64,000 bases of DNA from Eledone cirrhosa (Eukaryota): positions 32,302,001 through 32,366,000 of the forward strand of contig OZ024744.1 in NCBI GenBank assembly GCA_964016885.1, given 5' to 3'. Both the position numbers and the translations under genes were made by a program. Below the pieces are notes generated by a model that worked only from the letters and a program-made list of their open reading frames with translations, was not told the DNA's origin and did no database searches. This document shows positions 50,501-64,000 of this stretch, piece by piece; position 1 is the stretch's first letter, and every line of letters starts with the position of its first letter.

Positions 50501-53500
50501 TTGTGAGAATGTATCAGGAAAGAATCTCAGAATTCAGAGATCACAGTTCAAATACTGTGGACATGTGGTTAGAACGTCTCAGGAAAGAATCTCTGATTTG
50601 AGAGATCACAGCTCAGATACTGTGGACATGTAGTTAGAATGTCTCCGAAAAGAATCTCTAAATTGAGAGACCACAGCTCAGATACTGTGGACATGTGGTT
50701 AGAATGTCTCAGGAAAGAATCTCTAAATTGAGAGACCACAGCTCAGATACTGTGGACAAGTGGTTAGAATGTCTCAGGAAAGAATCTCTGAATTGAGAGA
50801 TCACAGCTCGGATAGTGTGGACATGTGGTTAGAATGTCTCAGGAAAGAATCTCTGAATTGAGATATCACAGCTCAGATACTATGGACATGAGTTTAGAAT
50901 GTCTCAGGAAAGAATCTCTGAATTGAGAGATCACAGCTCTGATACTGTGGACATGTGGTTAGAATGTCTCAGGAAAGAATCTCTGAATTGAGAGATCAAA
51001 GCTCAGATACTGTGGACAAGTGGTTAGAATGTATCAAGAAAGAATCTCTGAATTGAGATATCACAGCTCAGATACTATGGATATATGGTTAGAATGTCTC
51101 AGAAAAGAATCTCTGAATTGAGAGATCACAGCTCGGATACGGTGGACATGTGGTTAGAATGTCTCAGGAAAGAATCTCTGAATTGAGAGATCAGAGCTCA
51201 GATACTGTGGACAAGTGGTTATAATGTATCAGGAAAGAATCTCTGAATTGAGATATCACAGCTCAGATACTATGGATATATGGTTAGAATGTCTCAGGAA
51301 AGAATCTCTGAATTGAGAGATCAGAGCTCAGATACTGTGGACAAGTGGTTAGAATGTATCAGGAAAGAATCTCTGAATTGAGAGATCATAGCTCAGATAC
51401 TGTGGGCAATTGTTTCAAATGTCTCAAGAAAGAATCTCTGAATTGAGAGATCACAGCTCAGATACTGTGGACATGTCGTTAGAATGTCTCAGGAAAGAAT
51501 CTCTGAATTGAGAGATCACAGCTCAGATATGGTGGACAAGTGGTGAGAATGTATCAGGAAAGAATCTCAGAATTCGGAGATCACAGTTCAGATACAGTGG
51601 ACATGTGGTTAGAATGTCTCAGGAAAGAATCTCGGATTTGAGAGACCACAGCTCAGATACTGTGGACATGGGGCTAGAATGTCTCAGGAAAGAATCTGTG
51701 AATTGAGGTATCACAGCTCAGATACTATGGACATGTGTTTAGAATGTCTCAGGAAAGAATCTCTGAATTGAGAGATCACAGCTCTGATAGTGTGGACATG
51801 TGGTTAGAATGTCTCAGGAAAGAATCTCTGAATTGAGAGATCAGAGCTCAGATACTGTGGACAAGTGGTTAGAATGTATCAGGAAAGAATCTCTGAATTG
51901 AGAGATCACAGCTCAGATACTGTGGACATGGGGTTAGAATATGTCAGGAAAGAATCTCTGAATTGAGAGATCACAGCTCAGATATGGTGGACAAATTGTG
52001 AGAATGTATCAGGAAAGAATCTCAGAATTCAGTGATCACAGCTCAGATACTGTGGACATGTGGTTAGAATGTCTCAGGAAAGAATCTCTGATTTGAGAGA
52101 TCACAGCTCAGATACTGTGGACATGTAGTTAGAATGTCTCAGAAAAGAATCTCTAAATTGAGAGACCACAGCTCAGATACTGTGGACATGTGGTTAGAAT
52201 GTCTCAGGAAAGAATCTCTAAATTGAGAGACCACAGCTCAGATACTGTGGACAAGTGGTTAGAATGTCTCAGGAAAGAATCTCTGAATTGAGAGATCACA
52301 GCTCTGATAGTGTGGACATGTGGTTTGAATGTCTCAGGAAAGAATCTCTGAATTGAGATATCACAGCTCAGATACTATGGACATGAGTTTAGAATGTCTC
52401 AGGAAAGAATCTCTGAATTGAGAGATCACAGCTCTGATACTGTGGACATGTGGTTAGAATGTCTCAGGAAAGAATCTCTGAATTGATAGATCACAGCTCT
52501 GATAGTGTGGACATGTGGTTAGAATGTCTCAGGAAAGAATCTCTGAATTGAGATATCACAGATCAGATACTATGGACATGAGTTTAGAATGTCTCAGGAA
52601 AGAAGCTCTGAATTGAGAGATCACACATCAGATACTGTGGACATGTGGTTAGAATGTCTCAGGACAGAATCTCTGAATTGAGAGATCAAAGCTCAGATAC
52701 TGTGGACAAGTGGTTAGAATGTATCAGGAAAGAATCTCTGAATTGAGATATCACAGTTCAGATACTATAGATATATGGTTAGAATGTCTCAGAAAAGAAT
52801 CTCTGAATTGAGAGATCACAGCTCTGATACGGTGGACATGTGGTTAGAATGTCTCAGGAAAGAATCTCTGAATTGAGAGATCAGAGCTCAGATACTGTGG
52901 ACAAGTGGTTAGAATGTCTCAGGAAAGAATCTCGGATTTGAGAGACCACAGCTCAGATACTGTGGACATGTGGTTAGAATGTCTCAGGAAAGAATCTCTG
53001 AATTGAGAGATCACAGCTCTGAGAGTGTGGACATGTGGTTAGAATGTCTCAGGAAAGAATCTCTGAATTGAGAGATCAGAGCTCAGATACTGTGGACAAG
53101 TGGTTAGAATGTGTCAGGAAAGAATCTCTGAATTGAGAGATCACAGCTCAGATACTGTGGACATAGGGTTAGAATGTGTCAGGAAAGAATCTCTGAATTG
53201 AGAGATCACAGCTCAGATATGGTGGACATGTTGTGAGAATGTATCAGGAAAGAATCTCAGAATTCAGAGATCACAGTTCAGATACTGTGGACATTTGGTT
53301 AGAATGTCTCAGGAAAGAATCTCTGATTTGAGATATCACAGCTCAGATACTATGGACATGTGTTTAGAATGTCTCAGGAAAGAATCTCTGAATTGAGAGA
53401 TCACAGCTCTGAGAGTGTGGACATGTGGTTAGAATGTCTCAGGAAAGAATCTCTGATTTGAGAGATCACAGCTCAGATACTGTGGACATGTAGTTAGAAT

Positions 53501-56500
53501 GTCTCAGAAAAGAATCTGTAACTTGAGAGACCACAGCTCAGATACTGTGGACATGTGGTTAGAATGTCTCAGGAAAGAATCTCTGAATTGAGAGATCACA
53601 GCTCAGATACTGTGGACATTGGGTTAGTATGTCTCAGGAAAGAATCTCTGAATTGAGAGATCACAGCTCAGATATGGTGGACAAGTGGTGAGAATGTATC
53701 AGGAAAGATTCTCAGAATTCGGAGATCACAGTTCAGATACTGTGGACATGTGGTTAAAATGTCTCAGGAAAGAATCTCGGATTTGAGAGAACACAGCTCA
53801 GATACTGTGGACATGGGGCTAGAATGTCTCAGGAAAGAATCTCTGAATTGAGATATCACAGCTCATATACTATGGACATGTGTTTAGAATGTCTCAGGAA
53901 AGAATCTCTGAATTGAGAGATCACAGCTCTGATAGTGTGGGCATGTGGTTAGAATGTCTCAGGAAAGAATATCTGAATTGAGAGATCACAGCTCTGATAG
54001 TGTGGACATGTGGTTAGAATGTCTCAGGAAAGAATCTCTGAATTGAGAGATCAGAGCTCAGATACTGTGGACAAGTGGTTAGAATGTATCAGGAAAGAAT
54101 CTCTGAATTGAGAGATCACAGCTCAGATACTGTGGACATGGGGTTAGAATGTGTCAGGAAAGAATCTCTGAATTGAGAGATCACAGCTCAGATATGGTGG
54201 ACAAGTTGTGAGAATGTCTCAGGACAGAATCTCTGAATTGAGAGATCAAAGCTCAGATACTGTGGACAAGTGGTTAGAATGTCTCAGGAAAGAATCTCTG
54301 AATTGAGAGATCAGAGCTCAGATAATGAGGACAAGTGGTTAGAATGTATCAGGAAAGAATCTTTTAATTGAGATATCACAGCTCAGATATTATGGATATA
54401 TGGTTAGAATGTCTCAGGAAATAATCTCTGATTTGAGAGATCACAGCTCAGATACTGTGGACATGTAGTTAGAATGTCTCAGAAAAGAATCTGTAAATTG
54501 AGAGACCACAGCTCAGATACTGTGGACATGTGGTTAGAATGTCTCAGGAAAGAATCTCTAAATTGAGAGACCACAGCTCAGATACTGTGGACAAGTGGTT
54601 AGAATGTCTCAGGAAAGTATCTCTGAATTGAGAGATCACAGCTCTGATAGTGTGGACATGTGGTTAGAATGTCTCAGGAAAGAATCTCTGAATTGAGAGA
54701 TCACAGCTCAGATACTGTGGACATTGGGTTAGTATGTCTCAGGAAAGAATCTCTGAATTGAGAGATCACAGCTCAGATATGGTGGACAAGTGGTGAGAAT
54801 GTATCAGGAAAGATTCTCAGAATTCGGAGATCACAGTTCAGATACTGTGGACATGTGGTTAGAATGTCTCAGGAAAGAATCTCGGATTTGAGAGAACACA
54901 GCTCAGATACTGTGGACATAGGGCTAGAATGTCTCAGGAAAGAATCTCTGAATTGAGATATCACAGCTCATATACTATGGACATGTGTTTAGAATGTCTC
55001 AGGAAAGAATCTCTGAATTGAGAGATCACAGCTCTGATAGTGTGGACATGTGGTTAGAATGTCTCAGGAAAGAATATCTGAATTGAGAGATCACAGCTCT
55101 GATAGTGTGGACATGTGGTTAGAATGTCTCAGGAAAGAATCTCTGAATTGAGAGATCAGAGCTCAGATACTGTGGACAAGTGGTTAGAATGTATCAGGAA
55201 AGAATCTCTGAATTGAGAGATCACAGCTCAGATACTGTGGACATGGGGTTAGAATGTGTCAGGAAAGAATCTCTGAATTGAGAGATCACAGCTCAGATAT
55301 GGTGGACAAGTTGTGAGAATGTCTCAGGACAGAATCTCTGAATTGAGAGATCAAAGCTCAGATACGGTGGACAAGTGGTTAGAATGTCTCAGGAAAGAAT
55401 CTCTGAATTGAGAGATCAGAGCTCAGATAATGAGGACAAGTGGTTAGAATGTATCAGGAAAGAATCTTTTAATTGAGATATCACAGCTCAGATATTATGG
55501 ATATATGGTTAGAATGTCTCGGGAAAGAATCTCTGAATTGAGTGATCAGAGCTCAGATACTGTGGAGAAGTGGTTAGAATGTCTCAGGAAAGAATCTCGG
55601 ATTTGAGAGACCACAGCTCAGATACTGTGGACATGGGGCTAGAATGTCTCAGGAAAGAATCTCTGAATTGAGATATCACAGCTCAGATACTATGGACATG
55701 TGTTTAGAATGTCTCAGGAAAGAATCTCTGAATTGAGAGATCACAGCTCTGATAGTGTGGACATGTGGTTAGAATGTCTCAGGAAAGAATCTCTGAATTG
55801 AGAGATCACAGATCAGAGAGTGTGGACATGTAGTTAGAATGTCTCAGAAAAGAATCTCTAAATTGAGAGACCACAGCTCTGAGAGTGTGGACATGTGGTT
55901 AGAATGTTTCAGGAAAGAATCTCTAAATTGAGAGACCACAGCTCAGATACTGTGGACAAGTGGTTAGAATGTCTAAGGAAAGAATCTCTGAATTAAGAGA
56001 TCACAGCTCTGATACTGTGGACATGTGGTTAGAATGTCTCAGGAAAGAATCTCTGAATTGATAGATCACAGCTCTGATAGTGTGGACATGTGGTTAGAAT
56101 TTCTCAGGAAAGAATCTCTAAATTGAGATATCACAGATCAGATACTATGGACATGAGTTTAGAATGTCTCAGGAAAGAATCTCTGAATTGACAGATCAAA
56201 GTTCAGATACTGTGGACAAGTGGTAAGACTGTATCAGGAAAGAATCTCTGAATTGAGATATCACAGTTCAGATACTATGGATATATGGTTAGAATGTCTC
56301 AGAAAAGAATCTCTGAATTGAGAGATCACAGCTCTGATACGGTGGACATGTGGTTAGAATGTCTCAGGAAAGAATCTCTGAATTGAGAGATCAGAACTCA
56401 GATACTGTGGACAAGTGGTTAGAATGAATCAGGAAAGAATCTTTTAATTGAGATATCACAGCTCAGATACTATGGATATATGGTTAGAATGTCTCAGGAA

Positions 56501-59500
56501 AGAATCTCTGAATTGAGAGATCACAGCCCAGATACTGTGGACATGGGGTTAGAATGTCTCAGAAAAGAATCTCTGAATTGAGAGATCACAGCTCTGATAC
56601 TGTGGACATGTGGTTAGAACGTCTCAGGAAAGAATCTCTGAATTGAGTGATCAGAGCTCAGATACTGTGGAGAAGTGGTTAGAATGTATCAGGAAAGATT
56701 CTCTGAATTGAGAGATCATAGCTGAGATACTGTGGGCATGTGTTTACTATGTCTCAGGAAAGAATCTCTGAGTTGAGATATCACAGCTCAGATACTGTGG
56801 ACATGGGGTTAGAATGTCTCAGGAAAGAATCTCTGAATTGAGAGATCACAGCTCAGATATGGTGGACAAGTGGTGAGAATGTATCAGAAAAGAATCTCAG
56901 AATTCGGAGGTGACAGTTCAGATACTGTGCACATGTGGTTAGAATGTCTCAGGAAAGAATCTCGGATTTGAGAGACCATAGCTCAGATACTGTGGACAAG
57001 GGGCTAGAATGTCTCAGGAAAGAATCTCAGAATTGATATATCACAGCTCAGATACTATGGACATGTGTTTAGAATGTCTCAGGAAAGAATCTCTGAATTG
57101 AGAGATCACAGCTCTGATAGTGTGGACATGAGATTAGAATGTCTCAGGAAAGAATCTCTGAATTGAGAGATCACAACTCTGATAGTGTGGACAGGTGGTT
57201 AGAATGTCTCAGGAAAGAATCTCTGAATTGAGAGATCACAGATCAGATATTGTGAACATGTGGTTAGAATGTCTCAGGAAAGAATCTCTGAATTGAGAGA
57301 TCACCGCGCAGATATGGTGGACAAGTGGTGAGAATGTATCAGGAAAGAATCTCAGAATTGAGAGAACACAGTTCAGATACTGTGGACATGTGGTTAGAAT
57401 GTCTCAGGAAAGAATCTCTGAATTGAGAGATCACAGTTCAGATACTGTGGACATGTGGTTAGAATGTCCCAGGAAAGAATCTCTGAATTGAGATATCACA
57501 GCTCAGATAATATTGACATGTGTTTAGAATGTCTCAGGAAAGAACCTGTGAATTCAGAGATCACAGCTCAGATACTGTGGATATGTGGTTAGAATGTCTC
57601 AGGAAAGAATCTCTGAATTGAGAGATCACAGCACAGATACTGTGGACAAGTGGTTAGAATGTCTCAGGAAAGAATCTCTGAATTGAGAGATCACAGCTCT
57701 GAGAGTGTGGACATGTGGTTAGAATGTCTCAGGAAAGAATCTCTGATTTGAGAGATCACAGCTCAGATACTGTGGACATGTAGTTAGAATGTCTCAGAAA
57801 AGAATCTGTAAATTGAGAGACCACAGCTCAGATACTGTGGACATGTGGTTAGAATGTCTCAGGAAAGAATCTCTAAATTGAGACACCACAGCTCAGATAC
57901 TATGGACAAGTGGTTAGAATGTCTCAGGAAAGTATCTCTGAATTGAGAGATCACAGCTCTGATAGTGTGGACATGTGGTTAGAATGTCTCAGGAAAGAAT
58001 CTCTGAATTGAGAGATCACAGCTCAGATACTGTGGACATGGGGTTAGTATGTCTCAGGAAAGAATCTCTGAATTGAGAGATCACAGCTCAGATACTGTGG
58101 ACATGTGGTTAGAATGACTCAGGAAAGAATCTCTGAATTGAGAGATCACAGTTCAGATACTGTGGACATGTGGTTAGAATGTCTCAGGAAAGAATCTCGG
58201 ATTTGAGAGAACACAGCTCAGATACTGTGGACATGGGGCTAGAATGTCTCAGGAAAGAATCTCTGAATTGAGATATCACAGCTCAGATAATATGGACATG
58301 TGTTTAGAATGTCTCAGGAAAGAATCTCTGAATTGAGAGATCACAGCTCTGATAGTGTGGACAAGTTGTGAGAATGTATCAGGAAAGAATCTCAGAATTC
58401 AGAGATCACAGTTCAGATACTGTGGACATGTGGTTAGAATGCCTCAGGAAAGAATCTCTGATTTGAGAGATCACAGCTCAGATAGTGTGGACATGTAGTT
58501 AGAATGTCTCAGAAAAGAATCTCTAAATTGAGAGACCACAGCTCAGATACTGTGGACATGTGGTTAGAATGTTTCAGGAAAGAATCTCTAAATTAAGAGA
58601 CCACAGCTCAGATACTGTGGACAAGTGGTTAGAATGTCTAAGGAAAGAATCTCTGAATTAAGAGATCACAGCTCTGATACTGTGGACATGTGGTTAGAAT
58701 GTCTCAGGAAAGAATCTCTGAATTGATAGATCACAGCTCTGATAGTGTGGACATGTGGTTAGAATGTCTCAGGAAAGAATCTCTGAATTGAGATATCACA
58801 GATCAGATACTATGGACATGAGTTTAGAATGTCTCAGGAAAGAATCTCTGAATTGAGAGATCACAGATCAGATACTGTGGACATGTGGTTAGAATGTCTC
58901 AGGAAAGAATCTCTGAATTGAGAGATCAAAGCTCAGATACTGTGGACAAGTGGTTAGAATGTCTCAGAAAAGAATCTCTGAATTGAAAGATCACAGCTCT
59001 GATACGGTGGATATGTGGTTAGAATGTCTCAGAAAAGAATCTCTGAATTGAAAGATCACAGCTCTGATACGGAGGACATGTGGTTAGAATGTCTCAGGAA
59101 AGAATCTCTGAATTGAGAGATCAGAGCTCAGATACTGTGGACAATTGGTTAGAATGAATCAGGAAAGAATCTTTTAATTGAGATATCACAGCTCAGATAC
59201 TATGGATATATGGTTAGAATGTCTCAGGAAAGAATCTCTGAATTGAGAGATCACAGCCCAGATACTGTGGACATGGGGTTAGAATGTCTCAGAAAAGAAT
59301 CTCTGAATTGAGAGACCACAGCTCTGATACTGTGGACATGTGGTTAGAACGTCTCAGGAAAGAATCTCTGAATTGAGTGATCAGAGCTCAGATACTGTGG
59401 AGAAGTGGTTAGAATGTATCAGGAAAGATTCTCTGAATTGAGAGATCATAGCTCAGATACTGTGGGCATGTGTTTACAATGTCTCAGGAAAGAATCTCTG

Positions 59501-62500
59501 AATTGAGAGATCACAGCTCAGATATGGTGGATAAGTGGTGAGAATGTATTAGAAAAGAATCTCAGAATTCGGAGGTCACAGTTCAGATACTGTGCACATG
59601 TGGTTAGAATGTCTCAGGAAAGAATCTCGGATTTGAGAGACCACAGCTCAGATACTGTGGACAAGGGGCTAGAATGTCTCAGGAAAGAATCTCAGAATTG
59701 AGATATCACAGCTCAGATAATATGGACATGTGTTTAGAATGTCTCAGGAAAGAATCTCTGAATTGAGAGATCACAGCTCTGATAGTGTGGACATGAGATT
59801 AGAATGTCTCAGGAAAGAATCTCTGAATTGAGAGATCACAACTCTGATAGTGTGGACAGGTGGTTAGAATGTCTCAGGAAAGAATCTCTGAATTGAGAGA
59901 TCACAGATCAGATATTGTGGACATGTGGTTAGAATGTCTCAGGAAAGAATCTCTGAATTGAGAGATCACCGCTCAGATATGGTGGACAAGTGGTGAGAAT
60001 GTATCAGGAAAGAATCTCAGAATTGAGAGAACACAGTTCAGATACTGTGGACATGTGGTTAGAATGTCTTAGGAAAGAATCTCTGAATTGAGAGATCACA
60101 GTTCAGATACTGTGGACATGTGGTTAGAATGTCCCAGGAAAGAATCTCTGAATTGAGATATCACAGCTCAGATAATATGGACATGTGTTTAGAATGTCTC
60201 AGGAAAGAACCTCTGAATTCAGAGATCACAGCTCAGATACTGTGGATATGTGGTTAGAATGTCTCAGGAAAGAATCTCTGAATTGAGAGATCACAGCACA
60301 GATACTGTGGACAAGTGGTTAGAATGTCTCAGGAAAGAATCTCAGAATTCAGAGATCACAGTTCAGATACTGTGGACATGTGGTTAGTATGTCTCAGGTA
60401 AGAATCTCTGATTTGAGAGATCACAGCTCAGATACTGTGGACATGTGGTTAGAATGTCTTAGGAAAGTATCTCTGAACTGAGAGATCACAGTTCAAACAC
60501 TGTGGACATGTGGTTAGAATGTCTCAGGAAAGAATCTCTGAATTGAGATATCACAGCTCATATACAGTGGACATGGGGTTAGAATGTCTCAGGAAAGAAT
60601 CTCAGAATTCAGAGATCACAGTTCAGATAATTTGGACCTGTGGTTAGAATGTCTCAGGAAAGTATCTCGGGTTTGAGAGACCACAGCTGAGATACTGTGG
60701 ACATGTGGTTAGAATGTCTCAGGAAAGAATCTCTGAATTGAGAGATCACAGTTCTGATGGTGTGGACATGTGGTTAGTATGTCTCAGGAAAGAATCTCTG
60801 AATTGAGATATCACAGCTCAGATACTATGGACATGTTTTTAGAATGTCTCAGGAAAGAATCTCTGAATTGAGAGATCACAGATCAGATAGTGTGGACATG
60901 TGGTTAGAATGTCTCAGGAAAGAATCTCTGAATTGAGAGATCACAGCTCTGATACTGTGGACATGTGGTTAGAATGTTTTAGGAAAGAATCTCTGAATTG
61001 AGAGTTCAAAGCTCAGATACTGTGGACATGTGGTTAGAATGTCTCAGGAAAGAATCTCTGAATTGAGATATCACAGCTTAGATACTATGGACATGTGTTT
61101 AGAATGTCTCAGGAAAGAACCTCTGAATTCAGAGATTACAGCTCAGATACTGTGGACATGGGGTTAGAATGTCTCAGGAATTAATCTCTGAAATGAGAGA
61201 TCAGAGCTCTGATATGGTGGACATGTGGTTAGAATGTCGCAGGAAAGAATCTCTGAATTGAGAGATCACAGCACAGATACTGTGGACATGTGGTTAGAAT
61301 GTCTCAGGAAAGAATCTCTGAATTGAGAGATCACAGCTCTGAGAGTGTGGACATGTGGTTAGAATGTCTCAGGAAAGAATCTCTGATTTGAGAGATCACA
61401 GCTCAGATACTGTGGACATGTAGTTAGAATGTCTCAGAAAAGAATCTGTAAATTGAGAGACCACAGCTCAGATACTGTGGACATGTGGTTAGAATGTCTC
61501 AGGAAAGAATCTCTAAATTGAGACACCACAGCTCAGATACTATGGACAAGTGGTTAGAATGTCTCAGGAAAGTATCTCTGAATTGAGAGATCACAGCTCT
61601 GATAGTGTGGACATGTGGTTAGAATGTCTCAGGAAAGAATCTCTGAATTGAGAGATCACAGCTCAGATACTGTGGACATGGGGTTAGTATGTCTCAGGAA
61701 AGAATCTCTGAATTGAGAGATCACAGCTCAGATATGGTGGACAAGTGGTGAGAATGTCTCAGGAAAGAATCTCAGAATTCGGAGATCACAGCTCAGATAC
61801 TGTGGACATGTGGTTAGAATGTCTCAGGAAAGAATCTCGGATTTGAGAGAACACAGCTCAGATACTGTGGACATGGGGCTAGAATGTCTCAGGAAAGAAT
61901 CTCTGAATTGAGATATCACAGCTCAGATAATATGGACATGTGTTTAGAACGTCTCAGGAAAGAATCTCTGAATTGAGAGATCACAGCTCTGATAGTGTGG
62001 ACAAGTTGTGAGAATGTATCAGGAAAGAATCTCAGAATTCAGAGATCACAGTTCAGATACTGTGGACATGTGGTTAGAATGTCTCAGGAAAGAATCTCTG
62101 ATTTGAGAGATCACAGCTCAGATAGTGTGGACATGTAGTTAGAATGTCTCAGAAAAGAATCTCTAAATTGAGAGACCACAGCTCAGATACTGTGGACATG
62201 TGGTTAGAATGTTTCAGGAAAGAATCTCTAAATTGAGAGACCACAGCTCAGATACTGTGGACAAGTGGTTAGAATGTCTAAGGAAAGAATCTCTGAATTA
62301 AGAGATCACAGCTCTGATACTGTGGACATGTGGTTAGAATGTCTCAGGAAAGAATCTCTGAATTGATAGATCACAGCTCTGATAGTGTGGACATGTGGTT
62401 AGAATGTCTCAGGAAAGAATCTCTGAATTGAGATATCACAGATCATATACTATGGACATGAGTTTAGAATGTCTCAGGAAAGAATCTCTGAATTGAGAGA

Positions 62501-64000
62501 TCACAGATCAGATACTGTGGACATGTGGTTAGAATGTCTCAGGAAAGAATCTCTGAATTGAGAGATCAAAGCTCAGATACTGTGGACAAGTGGTTAGAAT
62601 GTCTCAGAAAAGAATCTCTGAATTGAAAGATCACAGCTCTGATACGGTGGACATGTGGTTAGAATGTCTCAGAAAAGAATCTCTGAATTGAAAGATCACA
62701 GCTCTGATACGGTGGACATGTGGTTAGAATGTCTCAGGAAAGAATCTCTGAATTGAGAGATCAGAGCTCAGATACTGTGGACAATTGGTTAGAATGAATC
62801 AGGAAAGAATCTTTTAATTGAGATATCACAGCTCAGATACTATGGATATATGGTTAGAATGTCTCAGGAAAGAATCTCTGAATTGAGTGATCAGAGCTCA
62901 GATACTGTGGAGAAGTGGTTAGAATGTATCAGGAAAGATTCTCTGAATTGAGAGATCATAGCTCAGATACTGTGGGCATGTGTTTACAATGTCTCAGGAA
63001 AGAATCTCTGAATTGAGAGATCACAGCTCAGATATGGTGGATAAGTGGTGAGAATGTATCAGAAAAGAATCTCAGAATTCGGAGGTCACAGTTCAGATAC
63101 TGTGCACATGTGGTTAGAATGTCTCAGGAAAGAATCTCTGAATTGAGAGATCACAGCTCTGATACTGTGGACATTTGGTTAGAATGTCTCAGGAAAGAAT
63201 CTCTGAATTGAGAGATCAGATCTCAGATACTGTGGACAAGTGGTTAGAATGTCTCAGGAAAGAATCTTTGAATTGAGAGATCACAGCTCAGATATGGTGG
63301 ACGAGTGGTGAGAATGTATCAGGAAAGAATCTCAGAATTGAGAGATCACAGTTCAGATATGGTGGATAAGTGGTGAGAATGTATCAGAAAAGAATCTCAG
63401 AATTCGGAGGTCACAGTTCAGATACTGTGCACATGTGGTTAGAATGTCTCAGGAAAGAATCTCTGATTTGAGAGACCACAGCTCAGATACTGTGGACAAG
63501 GGGCTAGAATGTCTCAGGAAAGAATCTCAGAATTGAGATATCACAGCTCAGATAATATGGACATGTGTTTAGAATGTCTCAGGAAAGAACCTCTGAATTC
63601 AGAGATCACAGCTCAGATACTGTGGATATGTGGTTAGAATGTCTCAGGAAAGAATCTCTGAATTGAGAGATCACAGCACAGATACTGTGGACAAGTGGTT
63701 AGAATGTCTCAGGAAAGAATCTCAGAATTCAGAGATCACAGTTCAGATACTGTGGACATGTGGTTAGTATGTCTCAGGAAAGAATCTCTGATTTGAGAGA
63801 TCACAGCTCAGATACTGTGGACATGTGGTTAGAATGTCTTAGGAAAGTATCTCTGAACTGAGAGATCACAGTTCAGACACTGTGGACATGTGGTTAGAAT
63901 GTCTCAGGAAAGAATCTCTGAATTGAGATATCACAGCTCATATACAGTGGACATGGGGTTAGAATGTCTCAGGAAAGAATCTCAGAATTCAGAGATCACA
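35451..64000 (+). repeat. 65-bp satellite array (~439 monomers, open at the window end) with higher-order repeats
   Basis: Consensus AATTGAGAGATCACAGCTCAGATACTGTGGACATGTGGTTAGAATGTCTCAGGAAAGAATCTCTG; the register is kept almost without indels. Confidence 0.98.

Noticed and set aside
35451-64000. CRISPR-like array (constant part plus variable part, ~65-bp period)
   Set aside because: The variable positions are point variants of one sequence, not unique spacers; no cas genes; eukaryotic context.
35451-64000. Repetitive protein-coding gene
   Set aside because: The unit length is not a multiple of 3 and stop codons recur; no ORFs were called in the array.

Overview
Eukaryotic, gene-poor, repeat-dense window. 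The SINE types and microsatellite load suggest a cephalopod (Octopus-like) genome; this is inference. No host protein-coding gene is supported. Positions ~0.9-29.5 kb hold four near-full-length minus-strand L1/Tx1-clade LINEs from three diverged subfamilies. They are arranged as two head-to-tail pairs, and every element end abuts a (GATA)n/(TATC)n microsatellite. Between and around them lie an R4/Dong-like RLE fragment in (TAA)n, a Penelope GIY-YIG fragment with a minimal hammerhead ribozyme, RTE fragments, fold-back/MITE elements, two tRNA-derived SINE families and many microsatellites. From 35451 to the window end (>28.5 kb, ~439 copies) runs a 65-bp satellite with nested higher-order repeats. 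Its monomer is a piece of RTE-LINE coding sequence: the array grows directly out of an RTE fragment, and an unamplified single-monomer relative lies ~2.8 kb upstream in inverted orientation. All alignments, folds and periodicities were read by eye.
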